Positions 30,617 to 39,242 of a stretch of DNA of 41,501 nt are shown in pieces. Every line of letters starts with the position of its first letter. The first letter of the stretch is position 1. The stretch is from a virus (taxonomy: Duplodnaviria > Caudoviricetes): positions 1 to 41,501 of IMG/VR virus record IMGVR_UViG_3300044878_000100, one strand, 5' to 3'. The position numbers and the translations under genes were made by a program. The notes beneath the pieces were generated by a model. That model did not search any database, was not told the DNA's origin, and worked only from the letters and a program-made list of their open reading frames with translations.

Positions 30617-32006
30617 TAGCCTGCGGCGTCGGCGGTGTCAGGGCAGCCACAACAGCACGCCCAGCAGCGCGCCGCTTATCCGCCATCGCCCGCCGGATCT
30701 GCTGCTCATCAAGCCCCAGCAGCTCGAGCCCGACCTCAGTCTCAGCAAGCCACGGAACAACACTGATCTGCTTAGCGCCAGCATCAGCCGCAGCCGCCTT
30801 AGACAGGTAGATAGGGGAGCGCCACTTAGTCTCAATGGAGCCCCAGGCCTCAGGAACCTCAGTGAGGCCGTTCTGAATCGCAAGGGCCCGGTTCACAGTG
30901 CGACGGATCGGAACAGACCAGTCATCCATCGTGCCCTCAGCCTCAGAAATCAGGTTCTCCCGAGACGCCGAATAAGCATCGGCGCTAGTCGGGTTCGCCA
31001 TGTCCGTCAGCGCGAAATCAGAGTCAGGCAGGTCAGTCTCACGAGCCATCAACTTAGCCAGCGCATTCAACTGCGCCAGGTGAGGCTCAGGCGACGAAGC
31101 ATCAAACTGCTTCACGTCAGCGCGAGGATTGACCGCCTCGTCATCGTCCGGGATGCCGAACGTGCGACCGAGAGCAATCTGCCAAGACGCCTTCGGCGAA
31201 CCGTCAGCATTCTTAAAGATCGACTCGTCAGCGCCCAATAGGATCAGCTTAGGAATCGTGTAGACATCCATGTGACCCTCAAGGCGCACCAGCGAACGCA
31301 GAGCAGAGTCCTGATGGCTCATAACGGGCCGCGTAATCCGAGAGCGACCCATCCTGCGAGAACCCCGCGGGCGGTACACCAGCGGCTCAGCAGGGACGCC
31401 CCAAGGGTGCTCGGAACGCGACACCTGCCACTCGCCGTCCACCTTGTCGGCGTTGATCGTCAGCCCATCAAAGTACAGGACAAAGCCAGTGATCTTACCG
31501 TCCTCGCGGGACGTGACCGACAGAAGATTATCGAGTGACCGACGCCGCGTGTTCCACTCGCCGTAAGCGTTCAGGGCGTCCTTAGCGTGCACCAGCGATG
31601 CCGGCTCGCCCTCGGACTCGTCGCCCTTGGTTGTAATCAGGTACGCCACGCCATGAAGCAGAGAATCGGTGCGCGCCTGCGAGATCTCCGAGAACAGGAA
31701 GTTACTTTCCTCGAGCTCGGACATGCCCAGCGAATCAAGATCCCCGCCAGCCCAAATCATCTTCTCCAGATTGCAACGCCGCGCCAACCCATCGACGCCC
31801 TTAGCAGCCCAGCCAAGAGCAAGCCCGATATTCGCGTACTGCGGCGGGATCACACTACCAACCTGCTGAGCAGCGCGCTTCCCGTCATAGTAAGACGAGC
31901 GCAAAAGGTTACGCGGAGACTTCCGATGCAACCCCTCGGCGCACCGGTTCAGGGTCGCCAACTCATCATCGCTAAGCCCAGGAACAAACAGCTTCTCGAA
32001 AGTCAT
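30600..32006 (-). CDS. Portal protein (SPP1 gp6-like)
   Basis: YYDG, GW..KGVD.LARR, GRSRIT, NPTSADA. Confidence 0.92.
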   Translation of the reverse strand: MTFEKLFVPGLSDDELATLNRCAEGLHRKSPRNLLRSSYYDGKRAAQQVGSVIPPQYANIGLALGWAAKGVDGLARRCNLEKMIWAGGDLDSLGMSELEESNFLFSEISQARTDSLLHGVAYLITTKGDESEGEPASLVHAKDALNAYGEWNTRRRSLDNLLSVTSREDGKITGFVLYFDGLTINADKVDGEWQVSRSEHPWGVPAEPLVYRPRGSRRMGRSRITRPVMSHQDSALRSLVRLEGHMDVYTIPKLILLGADESIFKNADGSPKASWQIALGRTFGIPDDDEAVNPRADVKQFDASSPEPHLAQLNALAKLMARETDLPDSDFALTDMANPTSADAYSASRENLISEAEGTMDDWSVPIRRTVNRALAIQNGLTEVPEAWGSIETKWRSPIYLSKAAAADAGAKQISVVPWLAETEVGLELLGLDEQQIRRAMADKRRAAGRAVVAALTPPTPQANANGG

Positions 32007-33481
32007 AGAACCACCGCCGTCCTAGATCCAGCACGCCGCGAAGGGCGATGCACGTTATCGTTTTGAGCGCCCCAAAGGGCAAGAGTTTCCGCCACAACAG
32101 GCGTAATATCGGATGCTGCATCTTTGCGGTTCCACGCCCAACCGCCCGCAAGCGGTCGCTTCCGAGCCAGGGACAGCGCCACGTTTACCTGCGGCTGATC
32201 CGTATGAAGAACCGAACGGTCAATGATGCCGTCGTAATACTTCGCACAAGCAATCGCCATGTCCCTGCCTTCAGCAGCCGCAAGAGTCACAACGATGTCG
32301 GTTCCGATCAGGTAGTTACGGTCACGCCGGCGCTCCACAAGGCCCGACATCTCATCCACGACAACGGCGTGCAAGCGATTCTTAGAGGCGCGTGACACAA
32401 CCCACGGGATGACCCAGTCAACGCCCTTGCGGGAATCGTCAAGCTCCACATGCCAGCGCCCATCTGCACGCTGCCCAGCGAGTGCAACCGAAGCAATAGA
32501 GCGGTTAGGGGGAACGTCAATCGCAAGCGAAAGGCGGTCGATAGCCATCGACGCCGGATCCGCTGCCAGATTCCACGAAACCTCATCAATGACACGGGCC
32601 GAATCCTCCGCATCCCAGATACCAAGGGCCTCACGCTTGAACGAATCATCATCGGTCAAGTTCTCCCGCATGCGCTCAATCGACTCGACCGGCGTGCGGT
32701 GAGGGAACGACGGATTAGCCTTCGCCCACTGCTCACGGTCATCAGGATCAGCCTGAGGATCCGCAGCGAACTCCACATAGACAATGCTCTTCGCCTTGCC
32801 CGAAAGGGCCTTAGAGCGGCGGTTAGAGAACTCCTCGCCAGGGTCAGTAGGCCGCGGCGGAGTCCCCATGAAGAACAGCAGCGCGCCGGCCTCCTGCGTG
32901 GACTGGTTCGCCGCCGGAACCATATCCTCGAGCGCCTTCTCGCTGAGGATCTGCGCCTCATCGAAAATCTCGGCGTCAACCTTGTCAAAGCCGCGACCAA
33001 AACCCTGCTCGCGCGCGCCGAACATGATGATGGAACCGTTCTTGAAGCGGATTTCCTGCTCGCCGTTAGACGTGCGGATCGCATCAATGTGCGGCCAAAT
33101 CTTCTTCTTCTTGACCATCGCCTGCATTGAGGCGAACGTCATAGACGCCGTCCTCGTGCGGTGCGCCGTCCACAAAGCCGTGAAGCCCGGATAAATGACA
33201 CACAAGGCAATCATGATCATGCCAACCAGGAACGTCTTACCAACCTGCCGGGGGATCGACATAACAATCCCGCCGACAGTAGCCGCATACTTCCCGCTTT
33301 TGCGCTTCCCCAAAGCAATCGAGCCGATGCCGTGCTGCCAAGAATCAAACGACACGCCCATCTCAGCGCACTTCGCCACAATCCGCGGCCAAGCAGTCGT
33401 CACAATCCCATCAGGGATCACCAACTCACGCGCAGCCTCAGACAGCCGCGGCGTCGAACTTTCCGTCTTCGACGTTGGCAT
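32003..33481 (-). CDS. terL: Terminase large subunit
   Basis: Walker A PRQVGKT, Walker B IFDEAQ, ANPS; ATG 33481. Confidence 0.95.
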   Translation of the reverse strand: MPTSKTESSTPRLSEAARELVIPDGIVTTAWPRIVAKCAEMGVSFDSWQHGIGSIALGKRKSGKYAATVGGIVMSIPRQVGKTFLVGMIMIALCVIYPGFTALWTAHRTRTASMTFASMQAMVKKKKIWPHIDAIRTSNGEQEIRFKNGSIIMFGAREQGFGRGFDKVDAEIFDEAQILSEKALEDMVPAANQSTQEAGALLFFMGTPPRPTDPGEEFSNRRSKALSGKAKSIVYVEFAADPQADPDDREQWAKANPSFPHRTPVESIERMRENLTDDDSFKREALGIWDAEDSARVIDEVSWNLAADPASMAIDRLSLAIDVPPNRSIASVALAGQRADGRWHVELDDSRKGVDWVIPWVVSRASKNRLHAVVVDEMSGLVERRRDRNYLIGTDIVVTLAAAEGRDMAIACAKYYDGIIDRSVLHTDQPQVNVALSLARKRPLAGGWAWNRKDAASDITPVVAETLALWGAQNDNVHRPSRRAGSRTAVVL

Positions 33482-33728
33482 GAGACTCCGCTTCCTCAGT
33501 ACGGGCGTCAATCGCCTCGATGTCCCGCACCACCTCAACCAATCTCTTCGTCAAAGCAGCAAGGTCACGGGCCGGAGTCATAGGATCCTCGACAGCCTCA
33601 GCAATCCGGCCCCGCATAGCAGACAACAGCTCGCGGGTAGTGCCACTCTTGGCAGCCTCAGTAACCGACTTCGGCGCAGGCGGCTTTTCATCCTCTGTCA
33701 CCGCACGCAAACCACGCTTAGCAACCAT
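33438..33728 (-). CDS. terS: Terminase small subunit
   Basis: ARDLAALTKRL motif, directly upstream of terL. Confidence 0.8.
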   Translation of the reverse strand: MVAKRGLRAVTEDEKPPAPKSVTEAAKSGTTRELLSAMRGRIAEAVEDPMTPARDLAALTKRLVEVVRDIEAIDARTEEAESHANVEDGKFDAAAV

Positions 33729-33779
33729 CAAAACCACCCGCTTTCATCGGTCCGGCTTGGAAAAAAATGCTAGAGAGAG

Positions 33780-33836
33780 ACCATGCCTATACCCAGAGGG
33801 GTTTAGGCCGGCGGCTCGGGGGGCCCTCCCCCTGGG
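33780..33836 (-). other. Probable cos/genome-end region
   Basis: Between HNH and terS; G/C runs, CGCCGGCCT (33805-33813 minus), then CTCTCTCT and T run. Confidence 0.5.
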
Positions 33837-34103
33837 TCATTCGAGGGTGCCTGAGCGTCTCACGATGGGTGCGACGATGCGGGCCCGCTTCTTCGAGTTG
33901 CACTCACGATGCGCGGCCTTCTTGTTGTCGATCGTGTCCGCTCCACCCTTTGCGAGTGGGATGACATGGTCGAGTACGTATGACCAGGGGTCTGTGTGCG
34001 GGAGCGTGTAGTCGATGGTCCTACCGCAGATGTGACAGGCTGGCTTGTCGCGCGCGACGCGTGCGCGGTGCATGTCCCGCGTCGCACTGTTGCGCTTGAC
34101 CAT
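33837..34103 (-). CDS. Terminase-associated HNH endonuclease
   Basis: CHICG...LDHVIPLAKGG....N...AHRECNSKK. Confidence 0.9.
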   Translation of the reverse strand: MVKRNSATRDMHRARVARDKPACHICGRTIDYTLPHTDPWSYVLDHVIPLAKGGADTIDNKKAAHRECNSKKRARIVAPIVRRSGTLE

Positions 34104-34316
34104 CAGCCCTCCACGTAAGTTAGTGTGGCTGCCTGCTTCTCAGCGGTAGCCGTGCGTCGTAAGCCTGACGCGGCAGATAAGCGACCTCCTCAGATCGTCA
34201 TCTTGCTATCCCATCCAGGCTGGTAGCTGCCATCGGGGTAGTCTTCGCTGCGGCATGAACCCTAAATAAGCTCGCCGCTATTCAGGGTTAGCCCACAAAA
34301 GGCTGATTGTCGTTTC
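34104..34316. ncRNA. Candidate structured non-coding RNA/leader (about 210 nt)
   Basis: No credible ORF; about 7 consecutive stem-loops. Confidence 0.35.
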
Positions 34317-34496
34317 TTACCCGCAATCGGGTGATTCGTCGGCGCCAAGTTCGCAGCCACAGTCGCAGCCCATGAGGTCGTCTTGACCTTCTTTGTAGCC
34401 GCGCGCATATGTGCCGAGGCTGATAGTCGCGGCTTCTTCCCGCAACAGTTCAGCCTTAGCTTCGATGTATTCAACGATGGCTGCGTATAGTCTCAC
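34317..34496 (-). CDS. Small acidic hypothetical protein
   Basis: GTG 34496, MRLYAAIVEYIEAKAELL... Confidence 0.55.
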   Translation of the reverse strand: MRLYAAIVEYIEAKAELLREEAATISLGTYARGYKEGQDDLMGCDCGCELGADESPDCG

Positions 34497-34555
34497 GCTT
34501 CCCCCAAGCAAGATAGGCAGAACAGGAACCACAGGAGCAGGAAGAAGTAGGTCAT
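34493..34555 (-). CDS. Tiny hydrophobic peptide (20 aa)
   Basis: MTYFFLLLWFLFCLSCLGEA; GAGG SD, GTGA overlap. Confidence 0.4.
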   Translation of the reverse strand: MTYFFLLLWFLFCLSCLGEA

Positions 34556-34561
34556 TCGGCG

Positions 34562-34636
34562 CTACCTCTTATTGGAGATCAGCACCGCGATGCTAAGCGC
34601 GATCACTGCAATGCAGAGCCAGATTTGACCGTCCAT
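34562..34636 (-). CDS. Tiny TM peptide (24 aa)
   Basis: MDGQIWLCIAVIALSIAVLISNKR; TAATG overlap. Confidence 0.5.
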   Translation of the reverse strand: MDGQIWLCIAVIALSIAVLISNKR

Positions 34637-35436
34637 TAGTGAGCCGTCCTCGTCTGCGTCGCGTCGATGAGCTTCTTGTTGCCGCGCACCCAGTGACCAC
34701 AGGGGCACTGATACAACCGGTAGCGTTGCACGTTGGTGTATGCGGTGCCGTCGCGGAACTTGCTGAGGTCTTTGTTGCCGCAGACCGGGCAGCCCCACTC
34801 GTTGCCGGTGAACATCGACAGGTGCGGATGGTTGGGGATCCATGCGCGGAGGCGGTCGTAAAGCTTCTCGGTGAGCACAACGTCTTGCTTGTTGTATTGG
34901 CGCATCTTGTCCCAGGCCGCATCGTCACCGGCCATGCACTTAACCCACAACTCGTGCCCGGCGTGGGAGGTTTTCTTGCCTAGGCCGAGCTGCTGGGAGA
35001 CGTGGTCAAGCTTGCCGGAAGCGAACTTGAACTGTTTGCGGACGGTCTGGAGCAGGTCAACGTTCTTGTATGGCGCCGGCGGGTTGAGCCCTGCAAGGAT
35101 GAACTCACGATTGAGGTGCTTCATGTCGAAGCCTGCCGAGTTGTACCCGACGATCAGGTCAGCCTCAGACACGAGCGCGTGAATCTTCTCAACCATGACA
35201 GCGTGCCCGTCGTGGTGGTCGCTGTAGAACAGGACTTCTTTCTCGCCGTACCATTTGGCCGCTACCGAGATGACGGTGGCGACTTCCTGGAGCTGGGCGA
35301 GGGAGACGTTCTGGTTGAACAGCGACCAAACGTGCGCGAGGTTCGGGGCGTTCTCGATGTCGAGCGTGAGAATGCGAACCTGCTTAGCAGCGGCGGGCGC
35401 GATCTTCGGCGCCAATTTCTTGGCAAACGCGCCCAT
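34636..35436 (-). CDS. DEDD/RNase H-like 3'-5' exonuclease with C-terminal Zn ribbon
   Basis: LDIE, GYNSAGFD, YNKQDV, CPVC...CPCG; ATG 35436. Confidence 0.85.
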   Translation of the reverse strand: MGAFAKKLAPKIAPAAAKQVRILTLDIENAPNLAHVWSLFNQNVSLAQLQEVATVISVAAKWYGEKEVLFYSDHHDGHAVMVEKIHALVSEADLIVGYNSAGFDMKHLNREFILAGLNPPAPYKNVDLLQTVRKQFKFASGKLDHVSQQLGLGKKTSHAGHELWVKCMAGDDAAWDKMRQYNKQDVVLTEKLYDRLRAWIPNHPHLSMFTGNEWGCPVCGNKDLSKFRDGTAYTNVQRYRLYQCPCGHWVRGNKKLIDATQTRTAH

Positions 35437-35630
35437 CAGGCAGCAACCCGGTTGCAGGTGCAATCCGATTTCTTGTGCCGTCGCACGGTGTGCTCCGACA
35501 TGGGATAGCCCGCCGAGGTCATTTCCCGCGCAATAGCGAGGTGCCCCTTGGTATTCAGGAGCGTGTTGAGCGCGGCAGTGTCGTCCGCGTCGAACCGCTC
35601 CTGGATACGCTTGAAGATACATGCGCTCAT
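35436..35630 (-). CDS. Small HTH/Zn-binding protein
   Basis: IAREM...MSEHTVRRH...CTC. Confidence 0.7.
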   Translation of the reverse strand: MSACIFKRIQERFDADDTAALNTLLNTKGHLAIAREMTSAGYPMSEHTVRRHKKSDCTCNRVAA

Positions 35631-35653
35631 GATTTATCCCTTGCTCAGTGGGT

Positions 35654-36121
35654 TTAGGCTTTTGCCTTGTCCCGCTCGTAGCGGGCCCTGCGCTTCGCTT
35701 GCATGCAGGTCTTGCATCGCCGGAACTTTGACCCGTCCAATGAGATGTTGTCTTCGGTGCGAGTATGGCCGCACTTGAATGCCTCACCCATCGGATAGGC
35801 GCGCTTCAGGTTGACGCTATGCGTGACCGGCTCAAGGTGGTCCGGGTTGAAGCAGGAGGGGTTGCGGCACAGGTGGTCAAGTTCCTTGCCTTCTGGAACT
35901 TCGCCAACCCAACACTCGTAAGCAACAGCGTGAACGTTTCGCACCCGCCTAGAGCCGTCCCGAACAGAGCCGACCGTCACGTGTCCATAGCCGTTCGGAG
36001 TTCGGCAGCCCTGCCATTCCCAGCATCCGGCCGGGGTAACTAGCCGGCGCCGCTCAAGGCGTACATCAATCGGCGTAAGTTCACCGTTTTGGTTGTTTCG
36101 GATCTGGGCAGGCTTGTTCAT
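35654..36121 (-). CDS. HNH (HNH_3-type) homing endonuclease
   Basis: CWEWQG...GYG...HAVAY...LDHLCRNPSCFNPDHLEPVT..N; C-terminal CGH..CKTC. Confidence 0.9.
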   Translation of the reverse strand: MNKPAQIRNNQNGELTPIDVRLERRRLVTPAGCWEWQGCRTPNGYGHVTVGSVRDGSRRVRNVHAVAYECWVGEVPEGKELDHLCRNPSCFNPDHLEPVTHSVNLKRAYPMGEAFKCGHTRTEDNISLDGSKFRRCKTCMQAKRRARYERDKAKA

Positions 36122-36609
36122 TTCATCTCCTGAGAATGGCGAACGCCCCCGGCTCAGGACCAGGGGCGTTCTATCCGCGGTAATTAGTCGCGGAATCTTT
36201 GTTTTGAAGTTGCCCGTTCTTTGTGCTTCGGCTGAACTGGGGCTAGTAAGGTGCCGTGGGGCAACCGGGCTTGCATGGTTATGTGACTTTCCCGGAAGTT
36301 TGGGGCCCGCCCAAGGTTTCCCAATGGCGGGCGGGTAGCGCCTAGCCTCGCCAGCGGGCGAGGTTGAGCACTAGATTCCATGTATTTGTTGAGCCGCGCA
36401 TGGTCGCGGACATCTTGCCATTTCCTGTACGTCTACAGGTCATTCGGCCAATGGCTTGACCCTCTCGGCGGTATTTCGCATCGTTGAGAGGCGTGCGAGA
36501 CGTGAATCCCTCTCGCGTGGCAGCTCTTGGATGAGCAGTCCGCGGCTTGCGAGGCATGGAAAGGCAAAGCCACATCATGGCTAATACGCTTCACCACGCG
36601 AGAGGAAAC
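36122..36609. ncRNA. Candidate large structured non-coding RNA (about 490 nt)
   Basis: No credible ORF; at least 10 stems incl. 12-bp CCTCTCGCGTGG/CCACGCGAGAGG and a cUUCGg loop. Confidence 0.5.
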
Positions 36610-36816
36610 TTAGGGGGTAACGGCCTTGATCGTCCCAATGAGGATGGCCCGGGCGTGCATGGCGCCTGATCGGCAGCCGGCGGTGGACATCTCGTCCAAC
36701 TTGTCGTCAATGGCGGCGACTAGGCCGCGCAAGGCGTTCGCATCGTTCAGCTCAGCGACGGCTACGGGGTGGCGGGGGCGTGCAGACGCGTTGTACATGC
36801 CGTCCCTCCGTTTCAT
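36610..36816 (-). CDS. Hypothetical protein
   Basis: 68-aa ORF (alternative ATG with GGAGGG SD). Confidence 0.55.
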   Translation of the reverse strand: MKRRDGMYNASARPRHPVAVAELNDANALRGLVAAIDDKLDEMSTAGCRSGAMHARAILIGTIKAVTP

Positions 36817-37061
36817 TCGAAATGTCCGTCGTCTTGGATGTGTTTGGTGAGTTGCCAGCGTTCGTCAATGATCTGCGCGACGAACGGCTGTAGGGCTTGC
36901 TCGTGCTTGCGGTAGTCGTGAGCGCATAGAAGCAACTCCCCGCCCTGCCGCAGCTTGGGGGACCACTTGAGAATCACCACGACGTAAGCGCGTGAACCGC
37001 AACGGTCGCACCTCGTCATTGCATTCAGTACGGGCGGAAGTTCTGCAACCTGAACGCTCAT
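36813..37061 (-). CDS. Small Zn-binding protein resembling a conserved actinobacterial family
   Basis: RCDRCGSRAYV...GELLLCAH; ATG 37061. Confidence 0.7.
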   Translation of the reverse strand: MSVQVAELPPVLNAMTRCDRCGSRAYVVVILKWSPKLRQGGELLLCAHDYRKHEQALQPFVAQIIDERWQLTKHIQDDGHFE

Positions 37062-37117
37062 GACCGCTCCCTGCTCCGAGGAATGCGAGAGGCCCCGACT
37101 GCTCGGGGCCTCTTGCC

Positions 37118-37645
37118 TTACGCGACTTTCTTGTGATCTATGAAGCCGGTCATTATCGGCTTGCCATGCTCCCTGCGCACCCTTGCTATATGCGTTAGGA
37201 GGTCTGCTGTGCGTTCGAAGTTCTCTCGGCGCCCTTGCCGGATGTTCGCAAACTGTATGTGTCGCTCGCGCTCTTTTGCTCTTCCGCCAGGCTCGGTTGC
37301 CAAGATGTCGGAGGCGTCCACTCGAAGGCCGTTGATGCGTTCCTTGAGATTCTGCGTGTAGCCGATCTTGATCCATTCGCCGATGCGAATGTAGTAGACC
37401 TGCGACTGCTCTTCGTAAGCCTTGGTGACTTCCGGGGCAATCAGTGGGATGTTCAACTCAGCGCGTCGTAGCCGCTCGAAGTGGCCCTTCATCTCGCCCG
37501 TGACTCGAGCGTGCATGTTGAGGTAGACCTGGAATGCGTGGTCGTAGCAGAGTGCAACTGGCGTGCCGTTGAGCACGTACCCTTTGCATTTCCTGCCGCT
37601 CTCGTGGATTGCTATGCACGGCGGCTTCTGTGTATCGTTGGTCAT
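37118..37645 (-). CDS. GIY-YIG (T5orf172/MUG113-like) nuclease-domain protein
   Basis: VYYIRIG..IKIGYT..L..R...EPGG...E...H..F. Confidence 0.8.
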   Translation of the reverse strand: MTNDTQKPPCIAIHESGRKCKGYVLNGTPVALCYDHAFQVYLNMHARVTGEMKGHFERLRRAELNIPLIAPEVTKAYEEQSQVYYIRIGEWIKIGYTQNLKERINGLRVDASDILATEPGGRAKERERHIQFANIRQGRRENFERTADLLTHIARVRREHGKPIMTGFIDHKKVA

Positions 37646-37780
37646 ATCGGCCTCTCAACTAGGTCGGTCAAGCCCCCAGTTGTTAGCGCAACGTGGGGGC
37701 TCTTTGTGTCCCCTGCAGCGGGAAGGGCCGCCCGGTTTCCCTTGGCGGCCCTTCCTCGATACCTTTTTCAATCTACCTAA

Positions 37781-37835
37781 AGAATATCAGGCTTTGGGGT
37801 AAAAGTCACTGTGATTCACTGTATCGACACAGTGA
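37781..37835 (-). promoter_or_regulatory. Putative late promoter with CAGTGA box copy 4
   Basis: -10-like TATTCT 37781-37786; ACAGTGAATCACAGTGACTT on minus 37803-37822; extra half-site 37830-37835. Confidence 0.55.
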
Positions 37836-37847
37836 GTTACCGAACCG

Positions 37848-38648
37848 TTATAAACCAGCAGCCTGCTTGTTCGCCTTCCTCCGCTCAGCCATTCGCTTTG
37901 CGACCGCCCAAACCTCATTCACGCGGTACTCTTTCGGGCTGGTGTCGCCAACTGGGGCGAGGTGCCCGAGCTTCACCCAGTTCTTGAAACTGTCCGGCCT
38001 GATGTGCACTCCGTACTCGGCAAGCGCCCGCATGATGATCGGAGGTGTTGCGCTGTGCGTCCAGGCTGCCCCGATTGCGTCACGCTGGCGTTCCCGGACA
38101 TCCCAGTCGGTTCCGCACACTCTGCACTTGATGGTCTCCTGGAACTTGAGCGGGTTGAGTGGGTTGTCGCATGTAATGCCTTCGAACACAGATCCGCATG
38201 CCCCGACGTTGATCCGCTCGCCCTGCGGCTGTGTTGCTTGCTGGCATTTCTTCAGCAGCCTCCCCAACTCCCCCTCAACATCCCCGGCCCAGTCCATTCC
38301 CCGAAGCTTCCCCATGTTGGCGAGCAGGTGCGACGCGAGCCCTGACGAGTCGCGCCGGCTGAGGTGAATCCCAGTGAAACTGGCGAGGTCCAGGCAGGTC
38401 CGCATCAGGTACTTGTCCAACGCCATGTGCGCATCCAACGCGGTGTCGTTGATCGGCAACGGCGCGTGCATGCTACCCGAGGACGCAACCCGTTCGCCGT
38501 ACGAGGCTGTCAGTGACGCCCGCGGAATCGCCGACACCAGATCATTGACGATGCTGTCCAGTTCGCACAGAAGCTGTTCGAGGCGGGTGGAGCAGGCGTG
38601 GCAGAGGTGGATGCCATCGCTTGTCTCGGCGCCGCACTTGCAGTTCAT
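37848..38648 (-). CDS. Zn-ribbon plus C-terminal HTH protein, probable late-gene transcription regulator
   Basis: CKC..LCHAC, CRVCG, FKNWVKLGHL...YRVNEV; last early gene before late promoter. Confidence 0.65.
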   Translation of the reverse strand: MNCKCGAETSDGIHLCHACSTRLEQLLCELDSIVNDLVSAIPRASLTASYGERVASSGSMHAPLPINDTALDAHMALDKYLMRTCLDLASFTGIHLSRRDSSGLASHLLANMGKLRGMDWAGDVEGELGRLLKKCQQATQPQGERINVGACGSVFEGITCDNPLNPLKFQETIKCRVCGTDWDVRERQRDAIGAAWTHSATPPIIMRALAEYGVHIRPDSFKNWVKLGHLAPVGDTSPKEYRVNEVWAVAKRMAERRKANKQAAGL

Positions 38649-38866
38649 GTTGCGACCTCTACAAGACTGTTGACATCACGGTTAGCTTCCGCGATGACCA
38701 AGGTGTCCCACTCGTTGTCAGTTTCGCGCCAGAAGGAAACGTGGTCAGGCATGAATGACACGTAGCTGGCCTCCACTTCCTCCACTCGCCCCCCTGCTGT
38801 CGTGTACGTGAACGTGCGCAACGGCCTCGACTCTGCTGCTTCGGTGATCTTGCCGTAGAAGCTCAT
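38645..38866 (-). CDS. Hypothetical protein
   Basis: 73-aa ORF, overlaps. Confidence 0.65.
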   Translation of the reverse strand: MSFYGKITEAAESRPLRTFTYTTAGGRVEEVEASYVSFMPDHVSFWRETDNEWDTLVIAEANRDVNSLVEVAT

Positions 38867-39018
38867 TTGCCCCCCTCGAGTATGTGTTTGATGTTGGATG
38901 GGCAGTGGATCCCGTTGCCGCGTTGCAGTTCGATTTCGTACAGCGCTTTCTGGATCCGTTCGCGGGATTCTGACTCGCGGGCCAGGAGCAGATCGTAATT
39001 GTTCGTGCGGTCGGTCAC
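38863..39018 (-). CDS. Small hypothetical protein (51 aa)
   Basis: GTG start, MTDRTNNYDLLLARE... Confidence 0.55.
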   Translation of the reverse strand: MTDRTNNYDLLLARESESRERIQKALYEIELQRGNGIHCPSNIKHILEGGK

Positions 39019-39242
39019 CATGACCTCGCTTTCTTCAAGATTCCAAGTGACGCGCAGTGCCGGATGGCTTCAAGGTCGCGCATTGCGGCGTCAACCATGC
39101 GGCGCCAATCAGCCGTGTTGTCAGAGGCCATCACATTGCCGGTTTCCGTGTTGATCACGCGGTAGTACCAGCAGTAGATGTAGCCGCGGCGGGCAAACTT
39201 GTTCGGCTCCTTGCGGCAGTAGACCTGCGCTTTGAAGCTCAC
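39015..39242 (-). CDS. Hypothetical protein
   Basis: GTG 39242, MSFKAQVYCRKEP... Confidence 0.6.
   Translation of the reverse strand: MSFKAQVYCRKEPNKFARRGYIYCWYYRVINTETGNVMASDNTADWRRMVDAAMRDLEAIRHCASLGILKKARSW

Noticed and set aside
35654-36609. IscB/HEARO (OMEGA) system or group I intron
   Set aside because: The 155-aa HNH shows no RuvC or PLMP motifs; no interrupted gene or recognisable group I core; kept only as an unassigned structured RNA
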